From NCBI GenBank assembly GCA_031441465.1, contig JANOEP010000011.1, positions 74,557 through 138,556 of the forward strand: a DNA stretch of 64,000 bases, written 5' to 3'. The notes below the pieces were generated by a model. It was not told the origin of the DNA. It saw only the letters and a program-made list of their open reading frames with translations, and did no database searches. The DNA is from a bacterium. Its GTDB lineage: Bacteria > Krumholzibacteriota > Krumholzibacteriia > LZORAL124-64-63. Shown here piece after piece: positions 19,992 to 29,642 of this stretch (the stretch's first letter is position 1; each line of letters starts with the position of its first letter). Both the position numbers and the translations under genes were made by a program.

Positions 19992-20156
19992 GGCGCCACC
20001 TCCCTCCAGGAAGAGTTGGGATTTTCGGGCCATCGGCCCCGGATGTCAACCCCCCGCGGTCGGCCGGCAAGAGACTTTTTGGGGGCGTCGCCGGCGAGTA
20101 CTACCTTGGGCCGTGATGCCGCGCGCAAACGCGCGCCGGCTCGACACGGAGGGGCG

Positions 20157-20630
20157 ATGTCGAAAATCGCGATCGGCGGGATGGTCGAAACGCCCGCCCT
20201 GGTGCTCCTGAAGGTCCTGGGCGCCCGCAAGGGACCCGGCGTGGCCGGTCTGGCCCTGTCGACGCTCGGTGCGCACGGGGTCAACGTGCTGTGCGTGGTC
20301 TCGTCCTCGGACCGCTACGGCCGCGAGAACATGACCGTGGCCGTGGGCCGCGACGATCTCGACCAGGCGCTGGGCCTGCTGCAAGCCGTCCGCGAGGAAA
20401 TCGACTCGGAACGCATCGAAGTGGTGCGCAACTGCTGCCTGATCTCGGTCTACGGCCCCCACTTCAGCGAACGGCCGTCCATCGCCGGCATGATCTTCGA
20501 CGCCCTGGCCGCCGGTAAAATCGACATCCATGCCATCAGCACTTCGGTTTCGACCGTTTCCTGCCTCATCGACCAGGACGACCTGGAACCCGCCCGCCGA
20601 CAACTCCAGGCCGTCTTCTTAATGCCTTAA
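20157..20630 (+). CDS. Stand-alone tandem ACT-domain protein (aspartokinase regulatory subunit-like)
   Basis: PGVAG..LSTL....VNV and SVYGPHF...PSIAGMIFDALA...IDIHAISTS. Confidence 0.8.
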   Translation: MSKIAIGGMVETPALVLLKVLGARKGPGVAGLALSTLGAHGVNVLCVVSSSDRYGRENMTVAVGRDDLDQALGLLQAVREEIDSERIEVVRNCCLISVYGPHFSERPSIAGMIFDALAAGKIDIHAISTSVSTVSCLIDQDDLEPARRQLQAVFLMP

Positions 20631-21847
20631 GTTGTGCCGTCGAGATTGTGTCCGGCCGCGCCATCGGTTAGCGCGGCCGGCTCTCGTTTCATCCTCTCAC
20701 ATCGCGTAGCTCAACTCATGCCGCCGCTGCCGCGGCAACACCCGCGTGCTGACCGTGCGCCAGTAGTACTCGGTCCAACGCGCCGGCAACTCGATGCGGC
20801 TCACGAACAACCGACGTTCCAGCAACTCACTCACCGAGAGCCGCCTGTCGAACATCCCGCGCGCCTGCGCCGGCGTCGGGCTCCCGCGCTCCTTCTCCCG
20901 CCTGCCCTTCATGTAGTTCCGCCACACCAGGAACACCGCCAATCGCTCCGCGCTCGACTGCCGGCGCTTCGACCACGCGATCGTCTCGCGCTTGTGGTTC
21001 GCGCTGCTGTGGCGGATCAACAGGTCCAGCAAGTTGAACGGGAACAACGGGTTGCCCGCATCCCGCCGCTCCCGGCTCGACGTCACTAGGTGGGTCGATT
21101 CGCAAGGCAACCCCTTCAGGACCCGCGGGTAGATCTGGTGCTCGTCACTCAAGACGGTCACCCGCCGTTGCCCGCCGGTGACCACCTCCAGCAGATGCTT
21201 CACGTCCTTGAACACGGCCTTGGAGTCCGGCCGGCCAAGGCGGGCTTCCAGCCGCTGGCGCTTGCGCTTCTGCGCCTTGGTCATGCGGCCGCTGCGGCGG
21301 ACCTCGCTTTCGGTGAAGTAGATCATGAAGTCGGTGTCCGTCTCTACGGCCAGGTGGTGGTGGAAGGGCCAGTACTGGGAATGCTCGAAAGAGACGAAGC
21401 CGTCGATGGCGAACTGGTCGGCCGGCTTGGCGGACTGCATGCGTTGGGCGTGGTAGAGCAGGCAGTGGCGGCCGAGTCGGCCGAGTTGGCGGTCGATGGT
21501 CGAGGGCGCGACGAGCAGGTCCCTGGCGATCTGTCGGTTGGCCATGCAGCCGGTGGTCTTGGTCAGCAGTTGTGGGAGGATGTCGGGTCGTTTGAGCCAG
21601 TAGGAGGTGGCGAAGGTCTGGGAGCTGAAGGAACGGCGGCAATGGAGGCAGAGGAACCGCTGGATACGGTTTGGGCTGAGGTGTCTACGGTAGTAGCCGA
21701 TGCGTTTGAAGCGCCAGCCGGCGATCAACTGCTTGTGGTAGCAGCAGTTGGGGTTGGGGCAGTGGGGTGGAATGAATCTGGTGCCGATGGTGCGCATGTC
21801 CGGCCCGAGGCATCAAGCGGGCCGGACACATTTTCGACGGCACAACT
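20630..21847 (-). mobile_element. IS1/IS1595-related insertion sequence, copy 1 (1218 bp)
   Basis: 28-bp terminal inverted repeats AGTTGTGCCGTCGA(G/A)A(T/A)TGTGTCCGGCC (26/28 match); paralogous to 56161..57378; no flanking duplication. Confidence 0.88.
20697..21797 (-). CDS. Transposase (Zn ribbon, HTH, DD-N catalytic domain)
   Basis: [52 protein letters not shown]. Confidence 0.85.
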   Translation of the reverse strand: MRTIGTRFIPPHCPNPNCCYHKQLIAGWRFKRIGYYRRHLSPNRIQRFLCLHCRRSFSSQTFATSYWLKRPDILPQLLTKTTGCMANRQIARDLLVAPSTIDRQLGRLGRHCLLYHAQRMQSAKPADQFAIDGFVSFEHSQYWPFHHHLAVETDTDFMIYFTESEVRRSGRMTKAQKRKRQRLEARLGRPDSKAVFKDVKHLLEVVTGGQRRVTVLSDEHQIYPRVLKGLPCESTHLVTSSRERRDAGNPLFPFNLLDLLIRHSSANHKRETIAWSKRRQSSAERLAVFLVWRNYMKGRREKERGSPTPAQARGMFDRRLSVSELLERRLFVSRIELPARWTEYYWRTVSTRVLPRQRRHELSYAM

Positions 21848-23511
21848 CAATATTGGAATCCGCTCTCGCCGATGAATTCCCGCAGCAGCGAGGTCGGCGG
21901 CACCAGCCGCGCGTCGATCGGCAAGTGCAACCCCAGGAACTCCAGCAGCCCCCGCGCCCGCCCGAACGCCGCGTCCTGGGGCGGCACCGCCGCCAGGCGC
22001 GGTTCGGCCCACAGCTTCAGCACGCCCAGCTCGTACGGCAGGCCCGTGTTGAAGAACAGGTCCGCGTTCGACTGCCAGGGGAAGATGTATTTCTTCTCGC
22101 CTTCGCGCACGCTGTTCCAGCGCTGCAGGGTCGTCGCCGCCGGGTAGCCACGGTACTGGGCGTCGCGCACCAGGCGACGGAAGAGCCGCGGCAGGTGGGT
22201 GGGCATGTAGGTCAGGTCGTCGATGTTGGTGGGCGTGAGGGCCGAGACGTAGATGCGCAGCGTGTTGCGGCGCGGCACGTCGGCGGCGAGGCGCGCGTTC
22301 AGGGCGTGGATGCCCTCGACGATCAGGGGCGAGCCGGGCGGCAGGGAGGCGGGGCTCTCTCGCCAGACGCTGCGCCCGGTGTGGAAATCGTAGTGGGGCA
22401 GGCGCATGTCGCGGCCGGCCAGCAGCCCGTCGAGCGTTTCGGCCAGCAGGTCGAGGCGCAGGGCGTCGAGGGTCTCGTAATCGAAGGTGCCGGCGGCGTC
22501 GCGGGGCGTGTGCTCGCGGTCGACGAAGAAATCGTCCAGGGAGAGCGAAAGCGGGCGCAACCCGTGGTCGCGCAGCATCAGGGCGAGCTGCTTGGCGAAG
22601 GTCGTCTTGCCGCTGCTCGACGGGCCGGAGATCAGGACCAGACGGCCGTCGTCGGGCAGGGTGGCGACCCGGTCCGCGGCGCCGACCACCGCCCGCGTGT
22701 GCCGAGCCTCGCAGATCGCGATGAGTTCGCCGGCGCACCCCTCGGCGACCAGGCGGTTGATCGAGCCCAGATCGGGGATGCCCTGGCTCGTGGTCCAGGC
22801 GGTGTGATCCCGCAATGCCTGGAGCAGCTTGGGTTGCTGCGCGAAGGGTTGGACCGAATCCGGAGCGCCGGCCAGGTTGGGCATCAGCACGAAGCCGGGC
22901 GGCTCGGGCAGCAGGGCGAAGGCGCCCGCGAGGGCCGTCGAAGGCAGGTGCAGGCCCTGCAGCAGCAGCCGGCTGCCCTCGGGGCGGCAGAAGACCGCGG
23001 TGCCGACCGGGACGTAACGCGCCGCTTCGAGCGTGTGGCGGCGCGCCGAGTCGCGCAGCGCCCGCTGCAGGGCGCGGGGACCGTACAGCACGGGTTTCAG
23101 TTCCCGGTCGGCCGCGATGATCGCCCGCATGCGCGCCTCGAGCGCGGCGAGTTCGTCGGGCTGCAGGGGAGCGCCGCGGCGCAGCTCGCAGTACATCCCA
23201 TCGCCGTAGGAGAAGTCCACGACGATCGCGTGTTCGGGATGCAGCTCCTCGCAGGCCATCGCCATGACCGTCACCAGCGTCCGCTGGACCGTGGAGTGGG
23301 ATTTGGGATGGCTGCGGCGCATCAAGCCCACCGTCTCGCCGCCCCACAGCGGTTCGTTCAGGCAGGTGCGCTGGCCGTTGACCACGCCCAGGACGGCCGG
23401 GTCGGCGCCGCCGTCGAGTTCGTGGATGGCGAGCACCTCCAGCAGAGGGGTGCCGGGTACGATCTCGAACGGACGGCCTTCGATCCGGACCGTCGCGCTG
23501 CCGTTGGCCAT
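21847..23511 (-). CDS. Uridine/nucleoside kinase with N-terminal ThrRS-like domains
   Basis: GPSSSGKTT, LSLDDFF, IVEGIHALN, RRLVRD..RG, SLLREFIG. Confidence 0.87.
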   Translation of the reverse strand: MANGSATVRIEGRPFEIVPGTPLLEVLAIHELDGGADPAVLGVVNGQRTCLNEPLWGGETVGLMRRSHPKSHSTVQRTLVTVMAMACEELHPEHAIVVDFSYGDGMYCELRRGAPLQPDELAALEARMRAIIAADRELKPVLYGPRALQRALRDSARRHTLEAARYVPVGTAVFCRPEGSRLLLQGLHLPSTALAGAFALLPEPPGFVLMPNLAGAPDSVQPFAQQPKLLQALRDHTAWTTSQGIPDLGSINRLVAEGCAGELIAICEARHTRAVVGAADRVATLPDDGRLVLISGPSSSGKTTFAKQLALMLRDHGLRPLSLSLDDFFVDREHTPRDAAGTFDYETLDALRLDLLAETLDGLLAGRDMRLPHYDFHTGRSVWRESPASLPPGSPLIVEGIHALNARLAADVPRRNTLRIYVSALTPTNIDDLTYMPTHLPRLFRRLVRDAQYRGYPAATTLQRWNSVREGEKKYIFPWQSNADLFFNTGLPYELGVLKLWAEPRLAAVPPQDAAFGRARGLLEFLGLHLPIDARLVPPTSLLREFIGESGFQY

Positions 23512-23682
23512 GGTCGTCTCCTTGCCCGATGCGAGGGCGGCCTGATGGTAGGACCAGCGCGACGGCTTGTCCATCCCGGCGCCGGGCAGGGGAAAGCTCC
23601 GGTTGTACGGAGCCGGGTCGCCGTCTATACTGCTGCCCGCAAGAGGTCGCCACGAGACGATGCGAGACAAAGGGAGTGCACC

Positions 23683-24708
23683 ATGTCCGTGAAGCTGGGA
23701 ATCATGGGGTTCGGTCGGCTGGGCCGGAACATGTTCCGGATCGCCCACGACGTTCCCGACATCACCTTCGCCGCGGTCAGCGACGTGGCCGGCGTCGAGA
23801 CGCTGGCTTACCTGCTGAAGTACACCACGGTCGAAGGGCCCTTCAAGGGCGAGCTGCGCCAGAAGGGACACTACCTGGTCACCAAGCACCAGAACACCCG
23901 TGTGGTGCACGGCTCGCGTCCGGGCGACGTCCCCTGGGATGTGCTGGGCGTCGACATCGTGATCGAGGCCACCGGCATGTTCCGCACCCGCGCCGAGCTG
24001 CAGAAGCACCTCGACTCCGGGGCCAAGGGGGTCATCCTCTCGACGCCGCCGGTGGGTGCGATCGACCGCATGATCGTCAACGGGGTCAACGACGACCAGC
24101 TGCAGCCGGGCGACCGCATCGTCTCCTGCGGCAGCAGCTCGTGCCACGCCCTGGCCGTGATCATGAAGGTCCTGCACGAGAAGATCGGCGTGAAGCGCGC
24201 GACGATGACCACCGTCCACGCCTACACCAGCGACCAGCAGCTCAGCGACAACGCTCGCGGCGGCCTGCGCTGGAGCCGCTCGGCGGCCGAGAACATCATC
24301 CCGAACAGCAGCTGGGCGGCCGGCGCGGTCATGGACCTGATCCCCGAGCTGCGGGGCAAGCTGTCGGGCATGGCCCTGAACGTCCCGGTGTCCGCCGGCT
24401 CGAACCTCGACCTGGTCATCGAGCTGAACAAGCCGCTGTCGGCGGTGGAGTTCAACGCCGTGCTGGCCGAGGCGGCCGCCGGCCCCTACAAGGGCCTGAT
24501 CGGCTACACCGACGAACCCATCGTCTCCAGCGACGTGATCGGCAACTCCTGCTCGGCCGTCGTGGATTCGCAGGCCACCCTGTCGCTGGGCAACGGCCTG
24601 GTGAAGTGCATCGTCTGGTACGACAACGGCTGGGCCTACGCCTACCGCATGCTCGAGACCGCCCGCAAGCTGGCGGGCCTGATCCGGTCCCAGGAGGTCG
24701 CGTCATGA
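23683..24708 (+). CDS. GAPDH-like protein lacking the catalytic Cys (probable pseudoenzyme)
   Basis: GFGRLG, IEATG, TTVHAYT and WYDN are present, but IVSCGSSSCHALA replaces IVSNASCTTNCLA. Confidence 0.88.
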   Translation: MSVKLGIMGFGRLGRNMFRIAHDVPDITFAAVSDVAGVETLAYLLKYTTVEGPFKGELRQKGHYLVTKHQNTRVVHGSRPGDVPWDVLGVDIVIEATGMFRTRAELQKHLDSGAKGVILSTPPVGAIDRMIVNGVNDDQLQPGDRIVSCGSSSCHALAVIMKVLHEKIGVKRATMTTVHAYTSDQQLSDNARGGLRWSRSAAENIIPNSSWAAGAVMDLIPELRGKLSGMALNVPVSAGSNLDLVIELNKPLSAVEFNAVLAEAAAGPYKGLIGYTDEPIVSSDVIGNSCSAVVDSQATLSLGNGLVKCIVWYDNGWAYAYRMLETARKLAGLIRSQEVAS

Positions 24709-25706
24709 GAATCGCCATCAACGGATTCGGGCGCATCGGGCGCGCGGTCTTTCGCCTGCTCAACAGCATGCCCGAGGTCGAGGTCGTGGCCATCAACGAC
24801 CTGGCCGACCCCGCGGCGCTGGCCTACCTGCTGCGCCACGACACGGTCATGGGGCCCTTCCAGGGCGTCGCCCAAATGGACGGGGACCTGATGGTCACCA
24901 GCAGCCAGCGCGTGAAGATGACCCAGGTGCCCGACCCGAAGCAGCTGCCCTGGCGCGAACTGGGCATCGACTACGTGGTCGAGGCCACCGGCCGCTTCCG
25001 CAAGCGGGCCGAGATCGCCCAGCACATCGAGGCGGGGGCGAGGAAGGTCCTGCTGACGGTGCCCTCGAAGGACGAGATCGACGCGACCATCGTCCTGGGC
25101 GTCAACGACGAGGAGCTCAAGCCCGAACACCAGATCGTCTCGAACGCCTCCTGCACGACCAACTGCCTGGCGCCCCTGGCCTACGTGCTGGACAAGGAGT
25201 TCGGCATCGAGTACGGGCTGATGACCACCGTCCACGCCTACACCAACGACCAGCGCCTGGCCGACGTGCCGCACAGCGACTGGCGGCGGTCCCGCGCCGC
25301 GGCCGAGAACACCATCCCGACCACCACCGGCGCCGCCCGCGCCGTCGGCAAGGTCCTGCCCAAGCTCAAGGGGAAGCTCGACGGTCTGGCCATGCGCGTG
25401 CCGGTGCCCGACGGCTCGGTCGTCGACCTGGTGACGATCATGTCGCGCGACGTGACCGCGGCCCAGGTTTGCGACGCCGTGCGGTCCCACGCCGAGAGCG
25501 CCCGCTTCCGCAACATCCTGCGCTACGCCGAGGAACCCCTGGTCTCGAGCGACATCGTGGGCGACCCGCACTCGTCGATCTTCGACGCGGAGTACACCTC
25601 GGTGATCGGCGGCAACATGCTCAAGACCCTCAGCTGGTACAACAACGAGTGGGGCTACTCCAACCGCGTGTTCGACCTGCTGAAGCTGATGGAAAAGATC
25701 GGCTGA
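24705..25706 (+). CDS. gap: Glyceraldehyde-3-phosphate dehydrogenase, type I
   Basis: INGFGRIGR, SNASCTTNCLAP, TTVHAYT, IPTTTGAA, AMRVP; ATGA overlap with the upstream paralogue. Confidence 0.96.
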   Translation: MRIAINGFGRIGRAVFRLLNSMPEVEVVAINDLADPAALAYLLRHDTVMGPFQGVAQMDGDLMVTSSQRVKMTQVPDPKQLPWRELGIDYVVEATGRFRKRAEIAQHIEAGARKVLLTVPSKDEIDATIVLGVNDEELKPEHQIVSNASCTTNCLAPLAYVLDKEFGIEYGLMTTVHAYTNDQRLADVPHSDWRRSRAAAENTIPTTTGAARAVGKVLPKLKGKLDGLAMRVPVPDGSVVDLVTIMSRDVTAAQVCDAVRSHAESARFRNILRYAEEPLVSSDIVGDPHSSIFDAEYTSVIGGNMLKTLSWYNNEWGYSNRVFDLLKLMEKIG

Positions 25707-25740
25707 CCGGCGCCACCCGCGCGGCCCGACGATCCGGCAG

Positions 25741-25776
25741 ACGAAGACCCCGGCCCGCCGCGGCCGGGGTCTTCGT
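25741..25776 (+). terminator. Probable intrinsic terminator after gap
   Basis: 15-bp perfect stem ACGAAGACCCCGGCC / GGCCGGGGTCTTCGT. Confidence 0.7.
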
Positions 25777-25967
25777 GCGCGCCGGGGGGAGGACTGGCGC
25801 GGGTTCCCGGGCCTGGCGCCCCGCGACTCGGCCGGTCCCGCCGAGCGCGTCCCGGGGCGCGGCGACGCGGGTTCGCAGCCCCTCGACCTTCCGGCTGTTG
25901 TTCGCCCCTCGATCCGTGTTAGAATGGACGGGTTCCCGCCGTTCCGCACTCGAATTGGGAGACGACC

Positions 25968-26651
25968 ATGCGCCTGCTCGCGATCGCCGCCCTTGCCTTG
26001 GCTTTCTGTGGGACGGCCGCCGCCGAGCGTGCGGCTCCCCTGCCGACCCCCCTGGTCGCACCGCCGACCCTGGCCGTCACGGACTGCCTGACCGGCAACG
26101 TCACGGCGGCGGCGACCTACTCCGGTTGGTGGGGCGGCAACGAGTCCTACGCCCGCCTGTTGCCCGCCGCGGCCCCCGGCTGCAACTGCAACGTGGGCCT
26201 CTCGGTGACCACGGCCCACATGCTGCTGGTCCTGGACGCCGGCACAGACATCACCGTCCAGGCGCGCCTGCTCACGGCCGCCGGCACGCCCGCCTGCCGC
26301 ACGCCCGGCACGACGCTAGCGATGTCGTCGCCGCGCCGCATCCGCGGTATCACGAGTCCGGGCGTCTACGACGTCGCCGTGCCCTGCGATTTCGTCTGCG
26401 CCGAGTCGGGCCAGGACTACTTCCTGGTCGTCGACTTCGTCTCGGGCGTCGCGCCGGGTCTGGATCTCGTCGGCGGCGGCACGGGACACGACTGCGCGAC
26501 CTGGAACGACTGGGGCGCCGGCTGGATCGACCTGGTCGGGTCCATGGGCTTCCTCAACGACCTCACGATCTGGGCGGATCTGGACTGCTGCTACCAGGCG
26601 ATCCCCAACGCGTCCAGCACCTGGGGCGGGATCAAGGCCATCTACCGCTAG
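25968..26651 (+). CDS. Secreted Cys-rich hypothetical protein with C-terminal STWGGIKAIYR motif
   Basis: Signal peptide, GGGAG RBS, multiple Cys, terminal motif. Confidence 0.8.
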   Translation: MRLLAIAALALAFCGTAAAERAAPLPTPLVAPPTLAVTDCLTGNVTAAATYSGWWGGNESYARLLPAAAPGCNCNVGLSVTTAHMLLVLDAGTDITVQARLLTAAGTPACRTPGTTLAMSSPRRIRGITSPGVYDVAVPCDFVCAESGQDYFLVVDFVSGVAPGLDLVGGGTGHDCATWNDWGAGWIDLVGSMGFLNDLTIWADLDCCYQAIPNASSTWGGIKAIYR

Positions 26652-26748
26652 CGCGGCCGCTCGGGCCGACGCGTTGCCGTCCCCCGTGCCGCTGCCGTAT
26701 CTTGGCGGGGAGGCCCGCTGTTCCGCCCGTCGATGAGGAGTTCGCCCC

Positions 26749-28767
26749 ATGACACGCTCCACGCGATGCATCCGCCCGTTCACGGGTGTCGCCGGCTCGA
26801 TCGCCCTGCTGGCCGTCTTGCTGACCTCCCTGCCGGCGCCCGCCGTCGCCGGCACCGTCGCGCCCGATCCGACCGCCCATCGGCGCCAGGAAGCAGCGAC
26901 CAAGGCCCGTCTGGCCGCCGCCGCGACCCGCGCCGATGCGCAGAGGACCGCCGGTCAGGACCTGTACGATGTCCTGCACTACGACCTGGACCTGACGCTG
27001 GCGCCCGCGTCGCACCTGCTGACCGGGCAGGTCGCGACCACCGCCCGCATCGTGGGCTCGCCCCTTTCCACCCTGGACCTGGACCTGAAGTCGACGATGG
27101 TGGTGACCGCCGCGACGGCCGGCGGCGCGCCGACCACCTGGACCCGCATCGGCGACGTGCTGACCGTGGCGTTGGATCGTGCCTACGTCCCGGGCGAAGT
27201 CGTCACCGTGTCGGTCGCCTACCGGGGCAATCCCGCCGGCAGCTACTTCGGCTGGAGCAGCGTGGGCGGCCAGCCCATGATCTGGACGCTGAGCGAGCCC
27301 TACGGTTCCCGGGACTGGTGGCCGTGCAAGGACCTGAACACCGACAAGGCCGACTCGGTGGCCGTGCGCGTGACCGTGCCCGACGGGCTGATCGTGGCTT
27401 CCAACGGGCTGCTGGCATCGGAAGTCGACAACGGCGCGACCCGCACCTTCCAGTGGCGCACCGGTTACCCCATCGTGCCTTACCTGGTCTCGCTGGCGAT
27501 CTATCCCTACACGCGGTTCTCCCACTGGTACACGCCGCTGGCGGGCGGCGACCCCATGGAAGTGCAGTACTTCGTGTACCCGAGCCACTACGATGCGGTC
27601 CAGGCGAATTACGCCAAGACCGTGCCGATGATCACGGTCTTCGCCCAGGCGTTCGGGGAGTACCCCTTCGTGCAGGAAAAGTACGGGCACGCGGAATTCG
27701 TCTGGGGCGGCGGCATGGAGCACCAGACGCTCACCAGCCTCGGCGGCTACGGCGAGGACCTGATCTCCCACGAGCTGGCGCACCAGTGGTGGGGCGACAT
27801 GATCACCTGCGCCGACTTCCAGCACATCTGGCTCAACGAAGGGTTCGCCACCTGGTGCGAGGCCTACTGGCGGGAACAGACGGCGGGCGTCGCCACCTAC
27901 CGCGCCTACATGGACGCCGCCGCCTACATGGGCCCCGGCACCATCTTCGTCGAGGACCCGAGCGACTTCTGGGGCATCTTCGACGGCAACCTGAGCTACA
28001 ACAAGGGCTCGTGGGTCGTGCACATGCTGCGCGGGGTGCTCGGCGACGAGGACTTCTTCGCCGGCCTGGCGGCCTACCGCGACCAGTACGCCTACGGCAG
28101 CGCCACCACGGAACAATTCCGCGACGTCATGGAGCAGGTCTCGGGCCGCGACCTGGACGCGTTCTTCCAGCAGTGGATCTACGGGGAGTACTTCCCCTTC
28201 TATTACTACGACTGGGAGACGACCGCCCACGCGGACGGCCTCGTGCTGAACCTGGCCGTGACCCAGGCGCAGGCCAACACCGGTCTGTTCGCGATGCCGC
28301 TGCCGGTGCGCGTGACCACCACGGCCGGTGTCGTGGACACCGTCGTCTGGAACGACGCCGCGCTGCAGTCCTACCGGATCGCGGTGCCCGGCGCGGTGAC
28401 CGGCATCGCTCTGGACCCCGACGGCTGGATCCTGTGCGAGAAGGCGGCTGTCCCGCTCATGGGGACCGCGGCGCCGCAGGTCCCGGTCCCTGGGACGCCC
28501 CGATTGACCTGCGCCCCGAACCCGTTCAATCCCGAGACCGAGGTCGTGGTCTCCACCGCGTCCGCGGGTCGCGTGGACCTCTCCGTGCACGACGCCGCCG
28601 GCCGCCTGGTCGGAGTGCTGTGCGCCGGCGACCTGCCCGCCGGCGAGCACCGCTTTCGTTGGCGGGGTCGCGACGAGGCGGGCCGCGCCGTCGCGTCCGG
28701 CGCCTATTACCTGCGCCTGCGCACGCCGGCGGGCGACGTGTTGCGGCCCGTGGCGTTGGTGCGTTGA
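26749..28767 (+). CDS. Secreted M1 aminopeptidase with C-terminal FlgD-Ig/T9SS-like domain
   Basis: GGMEH, HELAHQWWGD..NEGFA; tail PNPFNP..DAAGRLV..W.GRD..G..VASGAY. Confidence 0.92.
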   Translation: MTRSTRCIRPFTGVAGSIALLAVLLTSLPAPAVAGTVAPDPTAHRRQEAATKARLAAAATRADAQRTAGQDLYDVLHYDLDLTLAPASHLLTGQVATTARIVGSPLSTLDLDLKSTMVVTAATAGGAPTTWTRIGDVLTVALDRAYVPGEVVTVSVAYRGNPAGSYFGWSSVGGQPMIWTLSEPYGSRDWWPCKDLNTDKADSVAVRVTVPDGLIVASNGLLASEVDNGATRTFQWRTGYPIVPYLVSLAIYPYTRFSHWYTPLAGGDPMEVQYFVYPSHYDAVQANYAKTVPMITVFAQAFGEYPFVQEKYGHAEFVWGGGMEHQTLTSLGGYGEDLISHELAHQWWGDMITCADFQHIWLNEGFATWCEAYWREQTAGVATYRAYMDAAAYMGPGTIFVEDPSDFWGIFDGNLSYNKGSWVVHMLRGVLGDEDFFAGLAAYRDQYAYGSATTEQFRDVMEQVSGRDLDAFFQQWIYGEYFPFYYYDWETTAHADGLVLNLAVTQAQANTGLFAMPLPVRVTTTAGVVDTVVWNDAALQSYRIAVPGAVTGIALDPDGWILCEKAAVPLMGTAAPQVPVPGTPRLTCAPNPFNPETEVVVSTASAGRVDLSVHDAAGRLVGVLCAGDLPAGEHRFRWRGRDEAGRAVASGAYYLRLRTPAGDVLRPVALVR

Positions 28768-29642
28768 AGAACCGGAGGCTCCTGCTCGCCGCGGTGCTCG
28801 TCAGCCTGGCCGCGACGCCCGTTGCGGCCGGCGATCCGCCGCGGCGTCTGGTCTCGCTCGCCCCGAGCGTGACCGAGTTGCTCTTCGATCTCGGCCTGGG
28901 CGACCGCGTGGTCGGCGTGACGGACTGGTGTCATCGCCCGCAGGCCGCCCTCGCCGTCGCCAAGGTGGGGGGCCACCTCGATCCCAATCTCGAAGCCGTG
29001 GTCGCCCTGCGCCCCGACCTGGTGGTGCTCGAGGTCGCCAACGCGGAAGCCGCCGACGGGCTGCGCCGCCTGGCGTTGCCGTTCCTGGTGGTGGAGCACC
29101 GCGACGTGGCCGGGATCCTCGCTTCGGTGACCCTGGCGGGCGAGGCTTGCGGCGTGCCCGTGCGCGCGGCCGCCCTGCGCGACAGTCTCGAGGCGCGTGT
29201 CGCGGCCGTGCACGACGCCCGCTCCGGCAGCCCGCGCCCGCTGGCCCTGGTCGTGGTGGGGCGCGACGCGACCGGGGGCCTGCTGCGCGACGTGTACGCG
29301 GCCGGCGGCGGCACCTTCCTGGGCGAGCTGCTCGAACTGGCCGGCGGCCGCAACGCGATCGAGAGCGAGGCGCTGAGCTACCCGCTGCTTTCGCAGGAAG
29401 GACTGGTGCGCCTGGCCCCGGAGGTGGTCGTTGACCTCGCGCCGGAATGCGCCGATGATCCGCAGCGCCAGGCTGAGCTGCGCGCCGCCTGGGACCTGCT
29501 GCGCGACGTGCCGGCGGTGCGCGACGGCCGCGTGCGCATCGTGCTGGACGACGCGGCGCTGATCCCCGGCCCGCGATTCGTCGAGACGCTGGACCTGCTG
29601 GCGGAGGCGTTGGATCCCACATGGACGCGAACCGGACCCTGA
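28764..29642 (+). CDS. BtuF-like periplasmic cobalamin/metal-chelate binding protein
   Basis: RLVSLAPSVTELLF.LG, PNLEAVVALRPDLV, PGPR; TTG start overlapping the upstream stop. Confidence 0.87.
   Translation: MKNRRLLLAAVLVSLAATPVAAGDPPRRLVSLAPSVTELLFDLGLGDRVVGVTDWCHRPQAALAVAKVGGHLDPNLEAVVALRPDLVVLEVANAEAADGLRRLALPFLVVEHRDVAGILASVTLAGEACGVPVRAAALRDSLEARVAAVHDARSGSPRPLALVVVGRDATGGLLRDVYAAGGGTFLGELLELAGGRNAIESEALSYPLLSQEGLVRLAPEVVVDLAPECADDPQRQAELRAAWDLLRDVPAVRDGRVRIVLDDAALIPGPRFVETLDLLAEALDPTWTRTGP

Noticed and set aside
23683..24708. Calling the first GAPDH-like gene epd or a pseudogene
   Set aside because: Epd keeps the catalytic Cys, and this ORF is full length, uninterrupted and coupled to gap.
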